Source: a virus
Taxonomy: Duplodnaviria; Heunggongvirae; Uroviricota; Caudoviricetes
Strand: one strand, 5' to 3'
IMG/VR virus record: IMGVR_UViG_3300044535_000502
DNA: 64,000 nucleotides
Of this stretch, positions 62,732 through 64,000 are shown one piece after another. The notes below the pieces were generated by a model, which did no database searches, was not told where the DNA came from, and saw nothing but the letters and a program-made list of their open reading frames with translations. A program made the translations under genes and the position numbers. The stretch's first letter is position 1. The number at the start of each line of letters is the position of its first letter.

Positions 62732-62760
62732 TTGACAACCGGTGGAAATGTGCGTAGAAT
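62732..62760 (+). promoter_or_regulatory. plus-strand sigma70-like promoter TTGACA-17-TAGAAT (divergent from cassette 12)
   Basis: cttgacaaccggtggaaatgtgcgtagaat, upstream of 62789..63361. Confidence 0.55.
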
Positions 62761-62788
62761 CGTCGGTGTCGGTACTTGAGAATAATTT

Positions 62789-63361
62789 ATGAATACTAAT
62801 ACATCTTGGAATAAAACTGCTACTACCTTGAAAGGCGATGTAGTACTAAAGCTCTATAAACAGAAGGACTTGTTGCCTAAGGCGCTGTGGTGGATGATTC
62901 ACGATAGCTGCATTCTGTCTGGTTCTTGTACCTCTTCAATATATCATAAAGAAGAGCCAAAAGACTATGATTTCTGGCTCCGTGATCCCGCAAAAATTCA
63001 GTACCTGCGCGACATTATAATTTGTGACTACTCTGACTATATCATGGATGTGGCTGCAAAGTATGGTAATCTACAAAGTTCACAACCGCTAATTACCGAA
63101 AATGCCATCACACTGATCAATGACTTTCAAATAATTACATTGGGTGATTATTACACTGAAAGAAAAAAGTTTGATTATATACATTGCTTGCCATATTTGG
63201 ATTTAGCTGAGAATGTATTTTATATTTCGGAAAATCAACTTGATGTTATTGATAGGAAAAGATTGGTAAAAAATCCTGGTGGTAGAGAGCCTGTTGCGAA
63301 AAGGCAACAGAAATTCCTGGAACGTGGATGGACACTTGACAATGATGACGTTTTGTTGTAA
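62789..63361 (+). CDS. putative Pol-beta-superfamily minimal nucleotidyltransferase-like protein
   Basis: LSGSCTSS...(10 aa)...DYDFWL matches the h[GS]S..x(9-13)DhD pattern. A downstream acidic residue lies in LINDFQIITLGDYY. 190 aa. Confidence 0.3.
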   Translation: MNTNTSWNKTATTLKGDVVLKLYKQKDLLPKALWWMIHDSCILSGSCTSSIYHKEEPKDYDFWLRDPAKIQYLRDIIICDYSDYIMDVAAKYGNLQSSQPLITENAITLINDFQIITLGDYYTERKKFDYIHCLPYLDLAENVFYISENQLDVIDRKRLVKNPGGREPVAKRQQKFLERGWTLDNDDVLL

Positions 63362-63387
63362 GATAGAGAAACTAACTGGAGAAATTT

Positions 63388-63534
63388 ATGTCTGTTATGT
63401 CAGAGCTTTGGATGGATGTTCAAGATATGCTGGAACGCGGCGAGTCGTGGCAAAATGTGGCTGACACGCTGAACGTGCCTGTGTCATGGGTTGAGGAAGT
63501 CGCCCGCGAGATGGCCGAGTTTGAAAATGAATAA
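63388..63534 (+). CDS. small acidic ORF (48 aa)
   Basis: MSVMSELWMDVQDMLERGESW.... ATGA overlap with the next gene. Confidence 0.3.
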   Translation: MSVMSELWMDVQDMLERGESWQNVADTLNVPVSWVEEVAREMAEFENE

Positions 63535-63754
63535 ACAATTTAGAGAACTTGCTGAACAAGCAAGCATTGAGTTTACTTATGACGTAACCGAAACACCAGC
63601 GCGAGCATTTGCTGAATGTTGGGAAGATGAATTGGAAAAGTTTGCCGAGTTGATTGTTCGGCAATGTGCATTGACTGCTGGTCTTATGGAGCATGATGGT
63701 CGTAAAAACATCGGCGCAAATATTCTAGATAGTTTTGGAATTCAAGATGACTGA
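63527..63754 (+). CDS. member of the MNERIKEL family on the plus strand (copy F)
   Basis: MNKQFRELAEQA...EKFAELIVRQCALT...DSFGIQDD. Confidence 0.45.
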   Translation: MNKQFRELAEQASIEFTYDVTETPARAFAECWEDELEKFAELIVRQCALTAGLMEHDGRKNIGANILDSFGIQDD

Positions 63755-63854
63755 GTTTGAAATTGCTGGTCTTATTTTGTTGGCTTGGGTCAATGGCATT
63801 TACCTTGGCTGGCTATTGTGGCGTAAACCTAATTTGAAATACGAAAATGAATAA
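63747..63854 (+). CDS. small membrane peptide (35 aa)
   Basis: MTEFEIAGLILLAWVNGIYLGWLLWRKPNLKYENE. ATGA overlaps at both ends. Confidence 0.3.
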   Translation: MTEFEIAGLILLAWVNGIYLGWLLWRKPNLKYENE

Positions 63855-64000
63855 AGAATTGATTGATGTGGTGCGACAATTACGTGCTAGTGATATAAAG
63901 CAGGACAAATATATTTGTTCTGTTCCTCGGGATATCAATAGTATCTTTTTTGAGAGTGAATATTTTGAACAGTGTCATATCCAACGTACTCTTTTGATTC
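63847..64000 (+). CDS. hypothetical protein, 3' end outside the window
   Basis: MNKELIDVVRQLRASDIKQDKY... The frame stays open to the window end. Confidence 0.3.
   Translation, partial: MNKELIDVVRQLRASDIKQDKYICSVPRDINSIFFESEYFEQCHIQRTLLI

Overview
This window is a fragment of a T4-like (Tevenvirinae-related) myovirus genome. The gene content suggests a marine cyano/pelagi-myovirus type: hsp20, cobS/cobT, MazG, thyX, class I RNR, a Tat-signal protein. It is AT-rich and tightly packed, and almost every gene junction overlaps as ATGA or TAATG.

The region 1-49.6 kb runs almost entirely on the + strand.
- Replication module: sliding clamp gp45, clamp loader gp44, a gp62-like small subunit, RegA, DNA polymerase gp43, UvsX, helicase gp41 and, further downstream, primase gp61.
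- Nucleotide metabolism: dCMP deaminase, three MazG-like pyrophosphatases, ThyX, NrdA, NrdB, a thioredoxin, and a secreted SNase-like nuclease.
- Auxiliary genes: Hsp20, a metallophosphoesterase, an SGNH hydrolase, and a CobT-like vWA protein plus CobS-like MoxR ATPase.
- A block of glycosyltransferase and methyltransferase genes (21.0-24.7 kb).
- An Rnl1-like RNA ligase and a large protein fusing a nucleotidyltransferase, a P-loop kinase and a Ser/Thr/Gly repeat region.
- Two lysine/glutamate-rich proteins built from internal repeats, one carrying a HicA-toxin-like domain.
- A lysis cassette of i-spanin, o-spanin and a GH19 endolysin, followed by small membrane and secreted proteins.
- Four T4-type late promoters (TATAAATA), several rho-independent terminators, and at least three GIY-YIG/Seg-like homing-endonuclease genes.

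The region 49.6-62.7 kb is a minus-strand early region and is the most unusual part of the window.
- At least 12 near-identical copies of a ~50-bp cassette sit between genes. Each contains a perfect sigma70 promoter (TTGACA-16nt-TGgTATAAT) plus a conserved upstream AAAGTACTCA box.
- Each cassette heads a short operon that usually opens with a 50-60 aa ORF.
- There is evidence that cassette-mediated recombination truncated a neighbouring gene.
- A hypervariable family of small paralogous proteins is present in six or more copies: N-terminal MNERIKEL, a central EKFAELIV-ECA block, and a C-terminal HFGVEE.
- Other genes here include an SPFH/band-7 lipoprotein with small hydrophobic partner peptides and a T5orf172-domain protein.
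- Transcription switches direction at a divergent promoter pair near 62.7 kb, and + strand genes resume, including a Pol-beta-type nucleotidyltransferase-like protein.

No rRNA, tRNA or CRISPR array could be supported. Coordinates I derived by hand for small ORFs and promoters may be off by 1-2 nt.
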